From positions 2,232,001 through 2,296,000 of the forward strand of contig CDRNST010000002.1 of assembly GCA_977016875.1 (NCBI GenBank): DNA of 64,000 bases. Direction: 5' to 3'. The stretch is from Pavona decussata. Its lineage: Eukaryota. Positions 63,646 through 64,000 of the stretch are shown here, in pieces. The number at the start of each line of letters is the position of its first letter. The stretch's first letter is position 1. The position numbers and the translations under genes were made by a program. A model generated the notes under the pieces. It saw nothing but the letters and a program-made list of their open reading frames with translations, did no database searches and had not been told where the DNA came from.

Positions 63646-64000
63646 TTCTCACTGTCTCACATTCCAAAGGCCAGTTGCAGCAGCAACGGCAACACCTCAT
63701 TGGTCAATTAGACAATAATACTTCCGAAGCGTTGACAGCGTAACTGACGTATCTTTCACCGCCAGTTCTAAAACTGGATACGGCTGGTGTGTAATGTTGT
63801 GAAGATCATGGGGAATGTTTTGATCTTTGCTGGCTCAAAACGGTTGAAAATCAGCAGACGTGGCAGGCGGCAGACTGCAGTTTTCCGTCTCTTTGGACTG
63901 CTTTAAAGTAGATGGTGAACTGTAGGGACGACTTTCTTAACAATTCTCTGGGGCGAAACAACACACACAAAGCGATTGAAACGTTTCTGATCGTGGCTTT

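Overview
Eukaryotic, AT-rich window with spliceosomal introns and almost nothing but transposable elements and their remnants. The TE family mix suggests a marine invertebrate, probably a cnidarian/coral (inference). I found no intact ordinary host gene, rRNA, tRNA or CRISPR array. Elements with both ends visible: (1) pogo/Tigger, 17299-20925, with a divergent stand-alone HIRAN gene; (2) intact two-gene PIF/Harbinger, 29304-33304, inserted in a BEL/Pao gag remnant; (3) decayed two-gene Kolobok, 35150-42166, whose second gene resembles the P2X7 intracellular 'ballast' domain; (4) intact single-gene Kolobok-type element, 45182-48432, inserted in an L2 LINE; (5) bipartite RTE non-LTR element, 53166-53788; (6) several MITEs. 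A hAT element starting at 59114 has a vertnin-like OTU protease domain fused ahead of a ZNF862/C17orf113-type transposase. There are remnants of IS3EU, Crypton, AcademH, L1/Tx1, Penelope, a second Harbinger and a long tyrosine recombinase gene. The main unexplained structures are a 2372-bp near-perfect tandem repeat with A-B-A-B-A layout (22023-27799) and a 7-exon, phase-consistent minus-strand gene (about 52150-58256) encoding a phage/plasmid-like SF3/DUF927-type P-loop ATPase that the ORF track shows only in fragments. Family assignments come from recognising motifs by eye, not from database searches.
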